Assembly: GCA_002332615.1 (NCBI GenBank)
Contig: DDAL01000031.1
Location: forward strand, 94,967-158,966
Source of the DNA: Sphingobacteriaceae bacterium UBA2059
GTDB taxonomy: Bacteria > Bacteroidota > Bacteroidia > Sphingobacteriales > Sphingobacteriaceae
Direction of reading: 5' to 3'
DNA: 64,000 nt
In this document: piece by piece, positions 1 through 10,053 of the stretch
How the letters are laid out: every line of letters begins with the position of its first letter
Position numbering within the stretch: the first letter of the stretch is position 1
The notes under the pieces: generated by a model
The model's input: the letters and a program-made list of their open reading frames with translations, nothing else
Told to the model about the DNA's origin: nothing
Databases searched by the model: none
Program-made: the position numbers and the translations under genes

Positions 1-1462
1 GAATATCAGATAAAACAGCATATTTACCCGTTTTCTCGTCGGTAATTAAACCCATGGCAATACCGGATACAGGAGCCTTGATAGGAACACCGGCATCCAT
101 AAGTGCAAGCGTTCCGGCACATACAGTTGCCATCGAAGAAGAACCATTGGACTCCAGGATGTCTGATACCACACGGATTGTATATGGATTTTCTTCATCG
201 GAAGGCATAACTTGTTTCAGCGAGCGCATAGCAAGGTTTCCGTGTCCTATTTCTCTTCTGCCGACACCTCTGTTCGGACGAATTTCGCCCGTTGAAAAGC
301 TAGGGAAGTTATAATGAAGCATAAACTTCTGATGTCCGTTAATAAAGGCGCCGTCAATCATTTGTTCGTCAAGCTTGGTGCCCAGGGTAACGGTTGTTAA
401 TGACTGAGTCTCGCCCCGGGTAAAGATAGCCGAGCCATGTGCAGCCGGTAGATAGCTTACTTCGCTCCATATCGGGCGCACAGTACGCACATCGCGGCCA
501 TCAAGGCGTATACCTTCGTCTAAAATTAGATTGCGCACAGCATCATACTGCACATCATGCAGGTATTTTTTAGCCAAAGACTTCGTGGTATCATCAACCT
601 CCAGCCCAAGCGATAGCATAAATTCCGCTTCGATTGCTGCAAACTTATCCGAACGTTCATGCTTTGCCGAGCCTGATTTCGCTACTTCGTAAACCTTTTG
701 ATACGTTTCAGCGAAAACGCGTTCTCTCAGTTCGGGGTTACTGTGTTCATGCGAATAAACCCTTTTTTCGGTTTTGCCCACAGCTTCCATTAACTCTTTC
801 TGAGCCTGCACCTGTATCTTAATAGCGTTATGAGCAAACTCAAACGCCTCAATCATCTCTTCTTCAGATATTTCCTTACACTCTCCTTCAACCATCACTA
901 TATCAGTTTCAGAACCGGCAACGATAAACTCCAGTGTAGCACGCTCCAGATCGTTCATGTAAGGATTAATTACAAATTTGCCATCGATCTTTGCCACCCT
1001 AACTTCGGAAATAGGACCATTGAAAGGGATGTCTGATACTGCCAGGGCAGCTGAAGCTGCAAGACCTGCCAAAGCATCGGGCATGATGTTTTTGTCAGCC
1101 GATATTAAAGACACCATTACCTGCGTATCCGCATGATAGTCTGTCGGAAACATTGGTCTGAGGGCTCTGTCTACCAATCTTGAAATAAGAACCTCGTAGT
1201 CGGACAAGCGAGCCTCCCGACGTAAAAAACCACCTGGTATACGGCCCGTAGCAGCATATTTTTCCTGATAGTCTACTGACAAGGGTAAAAAATCAACCCC
1301 TTCTTTTGCTTCTTTGGCAGACACTACTGTTGCCAGAAGCATTGTATCTCCCATTTTTACTACCACCGATCCGTCGGCCTGTTTAGCCAGCTTGCCGGTT
1401 TCAATTTCAACCATGCGGCCATCGCCCAGATCGAAAGACTTCCTAATTACGTTATAACTCAT
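1..1462 (-). CDS. pnp: Polyribonucleotide nucleotidyltransferase (PNPase), N-terminal part only; the gene runs off the left edge
   Basis: Absent from the ORF track because there is no stop in the window. My reverse-strand translation from the ATG at 1462..1460 reads [35 protein letters not shown]... and stays open to the window edge (...[24 protein letters not shown]). It sits directly downstream of rpsO, the classical rpsO-pnp arrangement. Confidence 0.9.
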   Translation of the reverse strand, partial: MSYNVIRKSFDLGDGRMVEIETGKLAKQADGSVVVKMGDTMLLATVVSAKEAKEGVDFLPLSVDYQEKYAATGRIPGGFLRREARLSDYEVLISRLVDRALRPMFPTDYHADTQVMVSLISADKNIMPDALAGLAASAALAVSDIPFNGPISEVRVAKIDGKFVINPYMNDLERATLEFIVAGSETDIVMVEGECKEISEEEMIEAFEFAHNAIKIQVQAQKELMEAVGKTEKRVYSHEHSNPELRERVFAETYQKVYEVAKSGSAKHERSDKFAAIEAEFMLSLGLEVDDTTKSLAKKYLHDVQYDAVRNLILDEGIRLDGRDVRTVRPIWSEVSYLPAAHGSAIFTRGETQSLTTVTLGTKLDEQMIDGAFINGHQKFMLHYNFPSFSTGEIRPNRGVGRREIGHGNLAMRSLKQVMPSDEENPYTIRVVSDILESNGSSSMATVCAGTLALMDAGVPIKAPVSGIAMGLITDEKTGKYAVLSDI

Positions 1463-1540
1463 TTTTTGTTTATTGCATGTGCCTGACCTCTTTATAGCAC
1501 ACAGTGAACTTATTTACACAATTGGTTGCTAATTTAAAAC

Positions 1541-1575
1541 AAAAAAGCCATCCCCTCAATGGAATGGCTTTTTTT
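1541..1575 (-). terminator. Hairpin with a U-run between rpsO and pnp (terminator/attenuator)
   Basis: On the minus strand GCCAUUCC-AUUGAG-GGGAUGGC forms 8 bp including one G-U pair, followed by a U-run (plus-strand A-run 1541-1546). It lies 19 nt after the rpsO stop. An rpsO-pnp intergenic hairpin is well known in E. coli. Confidence 0.6.
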
Positions 1576-1593
1576 GTTCTTAAAAAAGAAGAA

Positions 1594-1872
1594 TTATTTG
1601 ATAATATCTCTTAATTCTAAAGCTTTAATGATAGCACGATATCTTGCAATATCAATCTTAAATAAATAAGCCAGCAATCCGCGGCGCTTACCAACTAATT
1701 TCTGAAGAGCTAACTGAGTAGAATAATCTTTCTTGTTAGTTTTCAGGTGGCTCGTAAGGTGAGCAATTCTTGCTGTGAATAATGCTACCTGTCCTTCTGT
1801 AGAACCGGTGTCGGCTGCATTTTTACCGTGCCTGGCAAATATCTCTGCCTTTTTTTCTTTACTTACATACAT
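1594..1872 (-). CDS. rpsO: 30S ribosomal protein S15
   Basis: The 92-aa ORF (MYVSKEKKAEIF...GSTEGQVALFTARIAHLTSHLK...KDYSTQLALQKLVGKRRGLLAYL) has typical S15 length and motifs. Confidence 0.97.
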   Translation of the reverse strand: MYVSKEKKAEIFARHGKNAADTGSTEGQVALFTARIAHLTSHLKTNKKDYSTQLALQKLVGKRRGLLAYLFKIDIARYRAIIKALELRDIIK

Positions 1873-2016
1873 TACGTGAATAGTATTAAAGCGTTAATAC
1901 TTTTGTTAATTAGCTGGCAAAGATACACTTATTCAATCTACTATCCAACAAACACCCGCATTACTTTAGTATGAAGATTCTTAAGGGCATTTATAGTAGC
2001 TTTGTGCTATACTGTA

Positions 2017-2430
2017 ATGACAATGTATAGTAAATTTCAAACCGAACTACAGGTAAGGCCTGACGACATAGATATGTTTAACCACGTGCATAACAGCCGT
2101 TACTTTGATTATGTAATGGCGGCGCGTTATGAGCAGATGGAGCGTTGTTATAAGATGCCCATGGAGCATTTTATGCAAAATAATTATGGCTGGGTAGTTA
2201 GAACCGCACACATAGAATATAAGAGACCTCTTACTATGGGCGAGAAATTTGTTGTACAAACGGGCATTGCGGAGATAAACGACCGAGGTTGCAGGGTAGA
2301 CTTTATCATTACAAGCAGAAAAACAAATAAAGTGTGCTCAGACGGATGGTTTGATTACGTTTTAATAAACACCGCCACAGGCCGCAGCATGAAAGTTACC
2401 CAGGAAATGGTAGACAGTTATTCAATCTAG
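2017..2430 (+). CDS. Acyl-CoA thioesterase, 4HBT/YbgC-like hotdog fold
   Basis: The motif VRPDDIDMFNHVHNSRYFDY matches the DxD..HVxNxxY signature of 4HBT thioesterases. The ORF track starts at TTG 2002; I prefer ATG 2017 (MTMYSKF). Confidence 0.8.
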   Translation: MTMYSKFQTELQVRPDDIDMFNHVHNSRYFDYVMAARYEQMERCYKMPMEHFMQNNYGWVVRTAHIEYKRPLTMGEKFVVQTGIAEINDRGCRVDFIITSRKTNKVCSDGWFDYVLINTATGRSMKVTQEMVDSYSI

Positions 2431-2483
2431 CCCGGTAGTGGCGGTAGCTAGTACATCTTTCGGTTTATAAGTCACAAGGCGGC

Positions 2484-4823
2484 CTACTTCTTCTTAGTAA
2501 ACTTCTTTATCGCTTTTTTAGGCTCTTTTTCGGCCGCTTTAGCCAGTTCTGATACTTCTTCGAAGGTTAGACTTGCCGGTTCTTTGTCTTTAGGTATTTT
2601 AATATTTTGTTTACCAAACTCAATGTAAGGGCCCCATCTGCCATTTACTATTTTAACATCAGGGTTTTCATCAAATACCTTAATAGTTTTCTCCGCATCC
2701 TTTTTTCGCTTGGCAAGGATTATTTCAATCGCTTGTTCTTCAGTTACACTGTGCGGGTCCAATCCCTTAGGCAGAGAATAAAAAGCGCTGTTGTGACGTA
2801 AATAAGGGCCGAAACGGCCAACGGCAACAGTCATTTCCTTATCCTCGAACGTTCCAACCTTTTTAGGAAGTCTGAAAAGCTCCATAGCTTCCTCCAGTGA
2901 AATCGTTTCAATCATCTGGCCCGATCGCAAACTGGCATATACGGGTTTCTCTTCATCATCCTGTTCGCCGATTTGTACAAATGGCCCATAACGGCCTATA
3001 CGCACCGAAACCTTTTTACCGCTTGCCGGATCAATACCAAGCTCTCTTTCGCCCCTGGCTTTCTCGGCATTTTGAATAGTATTCTCTACCTCTTTATGAA
3101 AAGGTCCATAGAATGAATGAAGCATTTCAGTCCACTCCTTTAAACCATGGGCTATTTCGTCAAATTCTTTCTCAACCCGGGCAGTAAAATGGTAGTCTAC
3201 TATACCTTTAAAATGCTGTACCAAAAAGTCGTTGACAACCGCACCTATATCCGTAGGGAAGAGCTTGCTCTTTTCAGCGCCGGTTATTTCTTTCTTAGTT
3301 TCTTTATCGATAGAATTAGTGCTTAACGTAAGAACACAGTATTCTCTCTCTCTTCCTTCTCGATCTTCTTTAATCACGTAGCCTCTGTTCTGGACAGTCG
3401 AAATGGTAGGAGCGTAGGTTGACGGACGCCCTATGCCCAGTTCTTCAAGCTTTTTCACCAGGCTGGCTTCCGTATATCGCGCAGGGGGGCGACTAAAGCG
3501 TTCCGTAGCATTTATTTGCTGGTAGGTTAGCAGTTGCCCTTTAGTCAGTGGCGGAAGTATGGAGTTGCCGCTTTCATCATCAATGTTTACCTCATGATCT
3601 TCATCGGTCGATTCCATGTAAACTTTAAGGAAACCGTCAAATTTCATCATTTCGCCATTGGCGATAAAAAGCTCAGGTCTTTTTGAAATAGTTATTTTGG
3701 CAGTGGTTTTTTCAAAATCGGCTTCACTCATCTGAGAGGCAATAGCTCTTTTCCAAATGAGTTCGTAAAGCCTTCTCTCTGCTGTTTCTCCCTCTATGCT
3801 ATGCTGATCAAAATAGGTGGGTCTGATAGCTTCGTGAGCTTCCTGCGCTCCGGCCGACTTCGTTTTATATTTTCTATGCTGAAAGTACCTCTCACCATAG
3901 GTGTTTACAATTTCGTTCCTGGCTGCATCAAGAGCTGTTTGCGAAAGATTAACCGAGTCAGTACGCATATAAGTTATTTTACCCGACTCGTAAAGCCTTT
4001 GTGCAAGAGCCATTGTTCTGGAAACGGAGAAACCCAGTTTTCGGCTGGCTTCCTGTTGCAAAGTAGAGGTTGTAAAAGGGGCTGACGGATTTCTTTTGGC
4101 TGGCTTTTTTTCGAGGCTTATGATTTCAAAGATAGATTCCTTGCAGCCTTCTAAAAATTCCTTCGCATGGCTCTCTTTCTCAAATCGCTCGTTAAGCTCG
4201 GCTCTAAATAACTCCTTTTGTTTTCCCGTGCTAAAAATGGCAGTTACTCTGTAAGCAGCAGTGGTTTTAAATTTATTAATTTCTCGTTCACGCTCTACAA
4301 TAAGCCTCACAGCCACAGATTGCACGCGGCCTGCTGAAAGCGACGGCTTAACTTTTTTCCATAATACCGGTGAAAGCTCAAATCCCACAAGCCTGTCCAG
4401 TACGCGGCGTGCCTGCTGCGCATTTACCAGATTATAATCTATAGAACGGGGGGTTTCAATGGCCTTAAGGATGGCAGGCTTGGTTATTTCATGGAAAACA
4501 ATACGCCTGGTTTTGTCGTGCTTTAAATTAAGCGTTTCAAATAAGTGCCAGGATATCGCCTCTCCTTCGCGGTCCTCATCCGATGCAAGCCACACTACTT
4601 CTGCCTGCTTTGCCAATTTTTTAAGTTCGCTTACTATAGCCTTCTTATCTGCAGGCACTTCATATTTTTGGGCAAACTTATTTTCTATATCAATTGCATC
4701 ATCCGTCTTAACCAGGTCGCGTATGTGGCCGTAACTTGATTTTACCGTAAAATCTTTCCCAAGATACCCTTCTATTGTTCTAGCTTTTGCAGGAGACTCA
4801 ACTATAAGTAAGTTTTTAGCCAT
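2484..4823 (-). CDS. topA: DNA topoisomerase I (type IA)
   Basis: 779 aa with an N-terminal Toprim (LLIVESPAKARTIEGYLG), the active-site Tyr motif ITYMRTDSVNLS, and C-terminal repeats with a Lys-rich tail. Confidence 0.97.
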   Translation of the reverse strand: MAKNLLIVESPAKARTIEGYLGKDFTVKSSYGHIRDLVKTDDAIDIENKFAQKYEVPADKKAIVSELKKLAKQAEVVWLASDEDREGEAISWHLFETLNLKHDKTRRIVFHEITKPAILKAIETPRSIDYNLVNAQQARRVLDRLVGFELSPVLWKKVKPSLSAGRVQSVAVRLIVEREREINKFKTTAAYRVTAIFSTGKQKELFRAELNERFEKESHAKEFLEGCKESIFEIISLEKKPAKRNPSAPFTTSTLQQEASRKLGFSVSRTMALAQRLYESGKITYMRTDSVNLSQTALDAARNEIVNTYGERYFQHRKYKTKSAGAQEAHEAIRPTYFDQHSIEGETAERRLYELIWKRAIASQMSEADFEKTTAKITISKRPELFIANGEMMKFDGFLKVYMESTDEDHEVNIDDESGNSILPPLTKGQLLTYQQINATERFSRPPARYTEASLVKKLEELGIGRPSTYAPTISTVQNRGYVIKEDREGREREYCVLTLSTNSIDKETKKEITGAEKSKLFPTDIGAVVNDFLVQHFKGIVDYHFTARVEKEFDEIAHGLKEWTEMLHSFYGPFHKEVENTIQNAEKARGERELGIDPASGKKVSVRIGRYGPFVQIGEQDDEEKPVYASLRSGQMIETISLEEAMELFRLPKKVGTFEDKEMTVAVGRFGPYLRHNSAFYSLPKGLDPHSVTEEQAIEIILAKRKKDAEKTIKVFDENPDVKIVNGRWGPYIEFGKQNIKIPKDKEPASLTFEEVSELAKAAEKEPKKAIKKFTKKK

Positions 4824-5059
4824 TAAAAAATTCCCTCTTTTTCTGCAAAGAAAGACATTAATAAAAGCAAAGCAAAATGCATTTGCCGATTAATTGCAGC
4901 GAAGCTGAAAATGAAGCAAGCATCTAAACTCCTTCATGTACAAGCAAGGCACTTAAAAAAATCGGGTTTCTTATCTTAAAAGGTCTTTCAAAACGGTTTT
5001 AAGAGGGCATAACGATATGTCCTTCAAAAACTCTAAAGCAAAGCCATGCAGGACTGCAC

Positions 5060-5140
5060 GTATAGCTATATTAGGACTCTCAATCAACATGTATAGTTCT
5101 TTCAGGACTATCTGATAGAGATGTATAGCTATATCAGGAC
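5060..5140. repeat. Three phased direct repeats (period 31-32 bp) containing the palindrome TATAGCTATA
   Basis: GTATAGCTATATTAGGAC at 5060-5077 and GTATAGCTATATCAGGAC at 5123-5140 are 17/18 identical. A degenerate middle copy, GTATAGTTCTTTCAGGAC, lies at 5091-5108. Confidence 0.6.
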
Positions 5141-5185
5141 GAGACAAGGACGAGACAGAAGGCACCTTGTTCGTACCTTGTTCGT
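5139..5185. repeat. Composite inverted repeat: a tandem pair facing its own inverted tandem pair
   Basis: ACGAGACAAGG (5139-5149) and ACGAGACAGAAGG (5150-5162) face CCTTGTTCGT (5165-5174) and CCTTGTTCGT (5176-5185). Together they could form an imperfect hairpin of roughly 20 bp. Confidence 0.55.
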
Positions 5186-5351
5186 GACTGGTACGCGCAT
5201 TTACGTTTGGATATCGAACCAGGTACGTTCAAGTTACTTAGAAAGTCCCTTGCATTGTAAGCCTTTTCGCGTAACGAAATAGCCTGATAGAAGTTACAGA
5301 AGTGAGCTTGCCTGTGACCAGGAATAATAAAAAAATAGCTGTTTTATCTGG

Positions 5352-6440
5352 CTAAATTAAAAAGCCGCCGCCGATGAGGTCATTGCCTTCATAGAATACC
5401 GCCGATTGTCCCGGAGCTATGCCGGAAACCGAATGAGTAAAGTCCACATTTATCACACCCTTTTGTTCAATGATTGAGCTCATTGTTCCGGCATCTTTAT
5501 AGCGTATCTTGGTAAGCACTTCTAATGGTTCGGTGATGTGCTCGTATTTAATAAGATTGACGTTTCTTACAACAGCCGAGCTTTTTTTCAATTCATCCTC
5601 ACTGCCCAGCATAACGGTATTGCTTTGGGGCAGAATAGCCGTAACAAACATGGGTTTTCCGAAAGCAACGCCTAAGCCTTTCCTTTGACCAATGGTATAA
5701 AAAGGATATCCCTTGTGGGTGCCAATAATAGTTCCATCGCTGCTTATGTAATTTCCCGGACCTATTTTATCATCCAGGTCTTCCACCCTGTGACGAAGGA
5801 AAGCACGATAGTCATTATCAGGAACAAAGCATATTTCATAGCTTTCACTTTTTTTAGCTAAATCCTGCTGTTCCATATCTACGGCCATTTGCCTTATTTC
5901 GTTTTTGGTATATCCGCCTAAAGGAAACATCGTGCGGGCAAGGTTTTCCTGCGAAACGCCCCAAAGTACATAGGATTGATCTTTGTTCTCGTCTTTTCCC
6001 TTTGAAATTACATAGCGGTCATTGGTATGCCTGCGGATATTGGCATAATGCCCGGTGGCAATAAATTCACAATCAAGCTTATCGGCTCGTTTAAGTAAAG
6101 CCTCCCATTTAATGTATGTGTTGCATAAGACACAGGGGTTAGGCGTTCGTCCGGCAAGGTATTCGTCAACAAAGTTGTCTATTACAAAATCGCCAAATTC
6201 ATTGCGAATGTCCAGTATATAATGTGGAAAACCATAAGAAACAGCAAGTGCCCGCGCATCGTTAATTGAGTCAAGGCTGCAGCAGCCGGTTTCTTTAGAA
6301 CTACTGCCAGAAGATGCATAATCCCAGGTTTTCATAGTAAGGCCTATCACTTCATACCCCTGTTCGTGCAGCATAACTGCTGCTACCGAACTGTCTACGC
6401 CTCCGCTCATGGCCACTAATATTCTTCCGTGCTTACTCAT
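5352..6440 (-). CDS. mnmA: tRNA 2-thiouridine(34) synthase MnmA
   Basis: 362 aa with the PP-loop VAMSGGVDSSVAA, a conserved Cys in PNPCVLCN, and typical MnmA length. Confidence 0.95.
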   Translation of the reverse strand: MSKHGRILVAMSGGVDSSVAAVMLHEQGYEVIGLTMKTWDYASSGSSSKETGCCSLDSINDARALAVSYGFPHYILDIRNEFGDFVIDNFVDEYLAGRTPNPCVLCNTYIKWEALLKRADKLDCEFIATGHYANIRRHTNDRYVISKGKDENKDQSYVLWGVSQENLARTMFPLGGYTKNEIRQMAVDMEQQDLAKKSESYEICFVPDNDYRAFLRHRVEDLDDKIGPGNYISSDGTIIGTHKGYPFYTIGQRKGLGVAFGKPMFVTAILPQSNTVMLGSEDELKKSSAVVRNVNLIKYEHITEPLEVLTKIRYKDAGTMSSIIEQKGVINVDFTHSVSGIAPGQSAVFYEGNDLIGGGFLI

Positions 6441-6509
6441 AAAGTGTGCAAAGATACATCATTAACAGGGTACTTCTATTTGGCACAGGGTCAGTATCTT
6501 GTAAATTAA

Positions 6510-7670
6510 CTAGGCCTTCCTTTGAGCCTTAAACTTCCTTGCAACTGCTATCCAGGCGGGTATGCCAAATAAAACACACAGGCCAACCAGATACAGTATG
6601 GGGTTGAGAGCTTCGCTTGAGCTTCCTCCCTCAATAACCAATACTCTGTAGGCTTTTAAAAAGTGAGTAAGAGGTATTAAGTCGGCCAGTAATTGTACAA
6701 TGCGTGGCATTTGGCTTAACGGCCATGTAAAGCCACTGATTACGAAACTGGGAGTGGCAAACACCATCAATACTTCGGTTGCTTTAAGCTGATTTGGAAT
6801 GAGAATACTCACAAGTATACCCATCATGCAGGCGGCAAGAACAAACAGCCCGGCTACCAGTGTTAACATTCCTACGCCGTTCCCTAGTGGTACTTTATAG
6901 TATACATGCATTATTCCATATACCAGCCATATTAAGAATGACATAAATAAATAGGGGAGGCACTTGGCAATAATTGCTACCAGGGGCGATCTGGCCTTAT
7001 TAACTACAAAGGAAAATGTATTATACTCAAACTCCTTTGCAAAGGTAAGCGCCATTGCCAGCAGCAATACTTGTTGTAGAATGGTAGCAAGCATGCCGGG
7101 CCATAGAAAATACATGTAATTACCACTTTGGTTGTAGTTTTTTACATAGCTTACAGCAAAAGGCTCATACTGCCTGATAACCATCTCGTTGGGCATACCT
7201 GTTTTGCGCAGCGCTTCCATTTGTATCCCGGCTTTTAAGGTTCCTGTAACCGTTTGCAGTGCTCTGGACGCAAAATTTGCAGTAAGGATATTGCTAGTGT
7301 TGATAAATACTTTAATTTCAGGATAGCGTTTATATTGAATGTCAGCTCCAAAGCCCTTCGGAATAACCACTACTGAGGTTGCTTCTTCGCGTATTGAAAT
7401 ATCCTTAATATTCTCCATAGACGGAAGCAGGCGTGCAATTTTAATTACCTCATTATCATCAAGCATATCAATAAGCCTGCTGCTTGTTGATGAGTTGTCT
7501 TCGTCGACAACAATAATGGGGAGGTCGGTTACTTTGCCCTTTTGATATACAAGGCCGAACATGATCCCATATAGCAGGGGGGCGCCTATAAAGAGCATCT
7601 TTAATACTGAGTTTCTCCAGAAAAGACGAAATTCCCGCTTTATAAGTTTAGTGAAAGCTCTCATTCTCAT
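6510..7670 (-). CDS. ABC-2 type transporter permease (YhhJ/YbhS-like)
   Basis: 386 aa with one N-terminal TM segment, a large periplasmic loop, then five C-terminal TM segments, which is the ABC-2 membrane topology. Its start overlaps the stop of the upstream HlyD gene by 4 nt. Confidence 0.85.
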   Translation of the reverse strand: MRMRAFTKLIKREFRLFWRNSVLKMLFIGAPLLYGIMFGLVYQKGKVTDLPIIVVDEDNSSTSSRLIDMLDDNEVIKIARLLPSMENIKDISIREEATSVVVIPKGFGADIQYKRYPEIKVFINTSNILTANFASRALQTVTGTLKAGIQMEALRKTGMPNEMVIRQYEPFAVSYVKNYNQSGNYMYFLWPGMLATILQQVLLLAMALTFAKEFEYNTFSFVVNKARSPLVAIIAKCLPYLFMSFLIWLVYGIMHVYYKVPLGNGVGMLTLVAGLFVLAACMMGILVSILIPNQLKATEVLMVFATPSFVISGFTWPLSQMPRIVQLLADLIPLTHFLKAYRVLVIEGGSSSEALNPILYLVGLCVLFGIPAWIAVARKFKAQRKA

Positions 7671-8629
7671 AGTTCTAATACGACCTTTGCATTATTGAAA
7701 AAGCTGGAAGCGTCCGCTTCCTTTGCAGGCCTGACCTTAATCTCATACACAGCCTCGTCCATTTCGTACTCGGGATAGGCAGTTGTAATATCTGCATATC
7801 TGTTAAGCTGACTTACATTGACTATACTCCCTTTAATTTTTTGCTCCTTATAAGGGATGCGGACAATAACCTGCTGTCCGACTTTTATGCCTTTGATCTT
7901 CGATTCGGGCAAGGTAAACCTAAAGTAAGTGTTGTCGTTGATATATCCGGTGAACAGGGTGTAGCCAGGCAAAGCCAGTTCGCCTTTATGAAGCGTAACG
8001 GTTTCTATGGTCATATCCTGAGGAGCAGTAATATAGCGTTCAACCGACGCTGCGCCAGCCTCTTGCAAGGCACCGGTAGCGCGTTTTTTTTGCCCAAGAG
8101 CCATAGTTTGCTGCTCTGAGCGGGCTCCGTCCTTTGCTTCTTTTATCTGTGCTACAGTTGCATCGAGCTGCGCTTTTGCTCCCTGCATTTTTGCATATGC
8201 TTCGTCATACTGCTGTTGAGATACCAAAGAGTCTATAAGCATATTTTTCAAACGCTTTACTGATGCCTGCGCAAAGCTGTATTGCTCTTTAAGGCCTGCG
8301 TATTTTGCATTCAGCTGCTCAAGCTGTAAGGCTGTGGCGCCCTTCTGCGCCATTTGATACTGAGCTTCGGCAGATTGAACTGCACCTTGAGCCTGGGCTA
8401 TCTTTGCGTCGACTTCGGGGATCGAAAGTTTTGCAAGTGTGTCACCTGCCTGCACCAAGTCTCCTTCGCTCACATAGACAGCTTCAATACGGCCCGGTAT
8501 TTTTCCACTCACAGAAAGCGTTTCTTTTTTTATACGTCCTTGAATTGGTACGCTGGCTGGCTCGGAAGTGCAGGAGCTTAGCCCCAGCAATAGACTGATT
8601 GTATAGAAAGAGTATTTTAATGAATTCAT
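7667..8629 (-). CDS. HlyD-family periplasmic adaptor (membrane fusion) lipoprotein
   Basis: Lipoprotein signal LLLGLSSCTS, a lipoyl-like/barrel-sandwich segment (VSEGDLVQAGDTLAKL), and a long Ala/Gln-rich coiled-coil hairpin. Confidence 0.85.
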   Translation of the reverse strand: MNSLKYSFYTISLLLGLSSCTSEPASVPIQGRIKKETLSVSGKIPGRIEAVYVSEGDLVQAGDTLAKLSIPEVDAKIAQAQGAVQSAEAQYQMAQKGATALQLEQLNAKYAGLKEQYSFAQASVKRLKNMLIDSLVSQQQYDEAYAKMQGAKAQLDATVAQIKEAKDGARSEQQTMALGQKKRATGALQEAGAASVERYITAPQDMTIETVTLHKGELALPGYTLFTGYINDNTYFRFTLPESKIKGIKVGQQVIVRIPYKEQKIKGSIVNVSQLNRYADITTAYPEYEMDEAVYEIKVRPAKEADASSFFNNAKVVLEL

Positions 8630-8660
8630 TTTTATGGTAATTGAGATTGAGATTAAAAAC

Positions 8661-10049
8661 TTAAAGACTTTCTACTGAGAAATTGCCGCCCGCTTTCAAA
8701 TAGTCAATAGCTGCTTTTCTTTGATTAAATACAGCTTGCAAGTAGTCAAGCTGGGCTTGCTGATATGAAGTTTCGGTTGCAAGGCGTTCAGAAACAGGTA
8801 TCAGTCCTTGTATATAGCTCTTGGTAGCAATTTCTAAGGTGCTTTTAGACAATTCCCTTTCAGAGTTTTTTAACTCCACCTGCTTTTTAGCCATGCGATA
8901 TTCTATCAATGATTTTTCTTTTAAAAGATCTAATTTTTCGTTGATATCTTTTTGTCTGTTTTCAGCTATTTGTCTGTCAATATAAAGCTTATTAAGGTCC
9001 CGTGTTCTGGACAAGCCGGTAAAGATGTCCCATTTGATGCCCACGCCAAGCACCCATCCGGGATTCATGCGTACTTTGTCTGCATTTAGTTCCAACGGTT
9101 TTTGAGTTATGGGCGATGTAAAGGATGTTTCTGTTTTAAGCCCGTGTAAATTTGCGTAGCTCAAACTTCCCAAGGCAACTACCTGAGGCAAAACCTTAGC
9201 CCGCTGCATTTTGATTTGGAAATCGGTTGCCTGTATGCCTGCATTTAATGCTTTAACTTCCGGACGGTCTTCTACATTTCCTGCCTCTTTTTCTTCCACT
9301 ATCCAAGGTTGTAATTCAACGTCGAGCTCGCTAAGCTCTTGCTCGCTATGTCCTGTGAGCATGCTTAAGCGTGAGTATAAAAGAGCACGTTTCCCGTCAT
9401 ATTCCTCCTGTTTGGATGCCAGCTGATATTTAGCTACTTCTATGCGTTTTCTGTCATAAGGAATGGCCAGGCCGTTAGCAATGGCTTTGTTCACTCTAAG
9501 TATTTCTTTTTCCAAACGTTTTTCGCTTTCGTCCAGAAGTATTTTAGATTGTTTCAAAAGCGCAATCTGATCAACGGTGGTCAATACATCCTGCGCTATA
9601 TCCCGGCGTTTAGCTTCAGCCATATGTTCTTCCGCCTGTTGCTTCATCATCAGAGCTTTTGTGCCATACGGAACCTGCAAGCCGGAAAAAAGCACCATTT
9701 GAGCATTTAGAGCTCCTATTTCCAGATTTGTATGTGTTTTAAACGTCTTGTCGCCTGCAAATAACGGATAGTTTACCAAAGGGACATTAAGGGTGGGCAG
9801 GTCTATTAGTAGTTTGTTATTAAGGTAGGCGTATCCGCCAAGGGCATTTACACGCGGTAAATAGGTTTCTTTAGCTTTTTTAATATCCTCCGTTGTTTTG
9901 GACGATTCCAGCTTCTGATTTCGGTATTCATAGTCTTTAGCTATTGCATCCTGAACAAGCTTTTTTGTATCTGGGCCAACAGCGTTTTGAGCATGTGCCA
10001 GCATAGTAGTAAAGCTAAATAGCATTATCAGATAGTTTCTCATTTTCAT
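8661..10049 (-). CDS. TolC-family outer membrane efflux protein
   Basis: 462 aa with a signal peptide and two repeated coiled-coil/beta halves typical of OEP/TolC. It is the second gene of the efflux operon, directly downstream of marR. Confidence 0.85.
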   Translation of the reverse strand: MKMRNYLIMLFSFTTMLAHAQNAVGPDTKKLVQDAIAKDYEYRNQKLESSKTTEDIKKAKETYLPRVNALGGYAYLNNKLLIDLPTLNVPLVNYPLFAGDKTFKTHTNLEIGALNAQMVLFSGLQVPYGTKALMMKQQAEEHMAEAKRRDIAQDVLTTVDQIALLKQSKILLDESEKRLEKEILRVNKAIANGLAIPYDRKRIEVAKYQLASKQEEYDGKRALLYSRLSMLTGHSEQELSELDVELQPWIVEEKEAGNVEDRPEVKALNAGIQATDFQIKMQRAKVLPQVVALGSLSYANLHGLKTETSFTSPITQKPLELNADKVRMNPGWVLGVGIKWDIFTGLSRTRDLNKLYIDRQIAENRQKDINEKLDLLKEKSLIEYRMAKKQVELKNSERELSKSTLEIATKSYIQGLIPVSERLATETSYQQAQLDYLQAVFNQRKAAIDYLKAGGNFSVESL

Positions 10050-10053
10050 TTAC

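Noticed and set aside
5049-5140. Possible mini-CRISPR array
   Set aside because: There are only three copies and one is degenerate. The repeats are 18-19 nt and the spacers 12-13 nt, both far too short. There are no cas genes in the window.
4971-5165. A 64-aa minus-strand ORF in the mnmA-topA spacer
   Set aside because: It lies exactly over the 31-32 bp-period DNA repeats, and that period is not a multiple of 3. It has no recognisable motif, and the repeats explain the open frame better than coding does.
5205-5222. tRNA gene (minus strand GGTTCGATATCC T-loop-like motif)
   Set aside because: I could not build an acceptor stem, anticodon arm or D-arm around it. At most it is a relic, so it is not reported as a tRNA.
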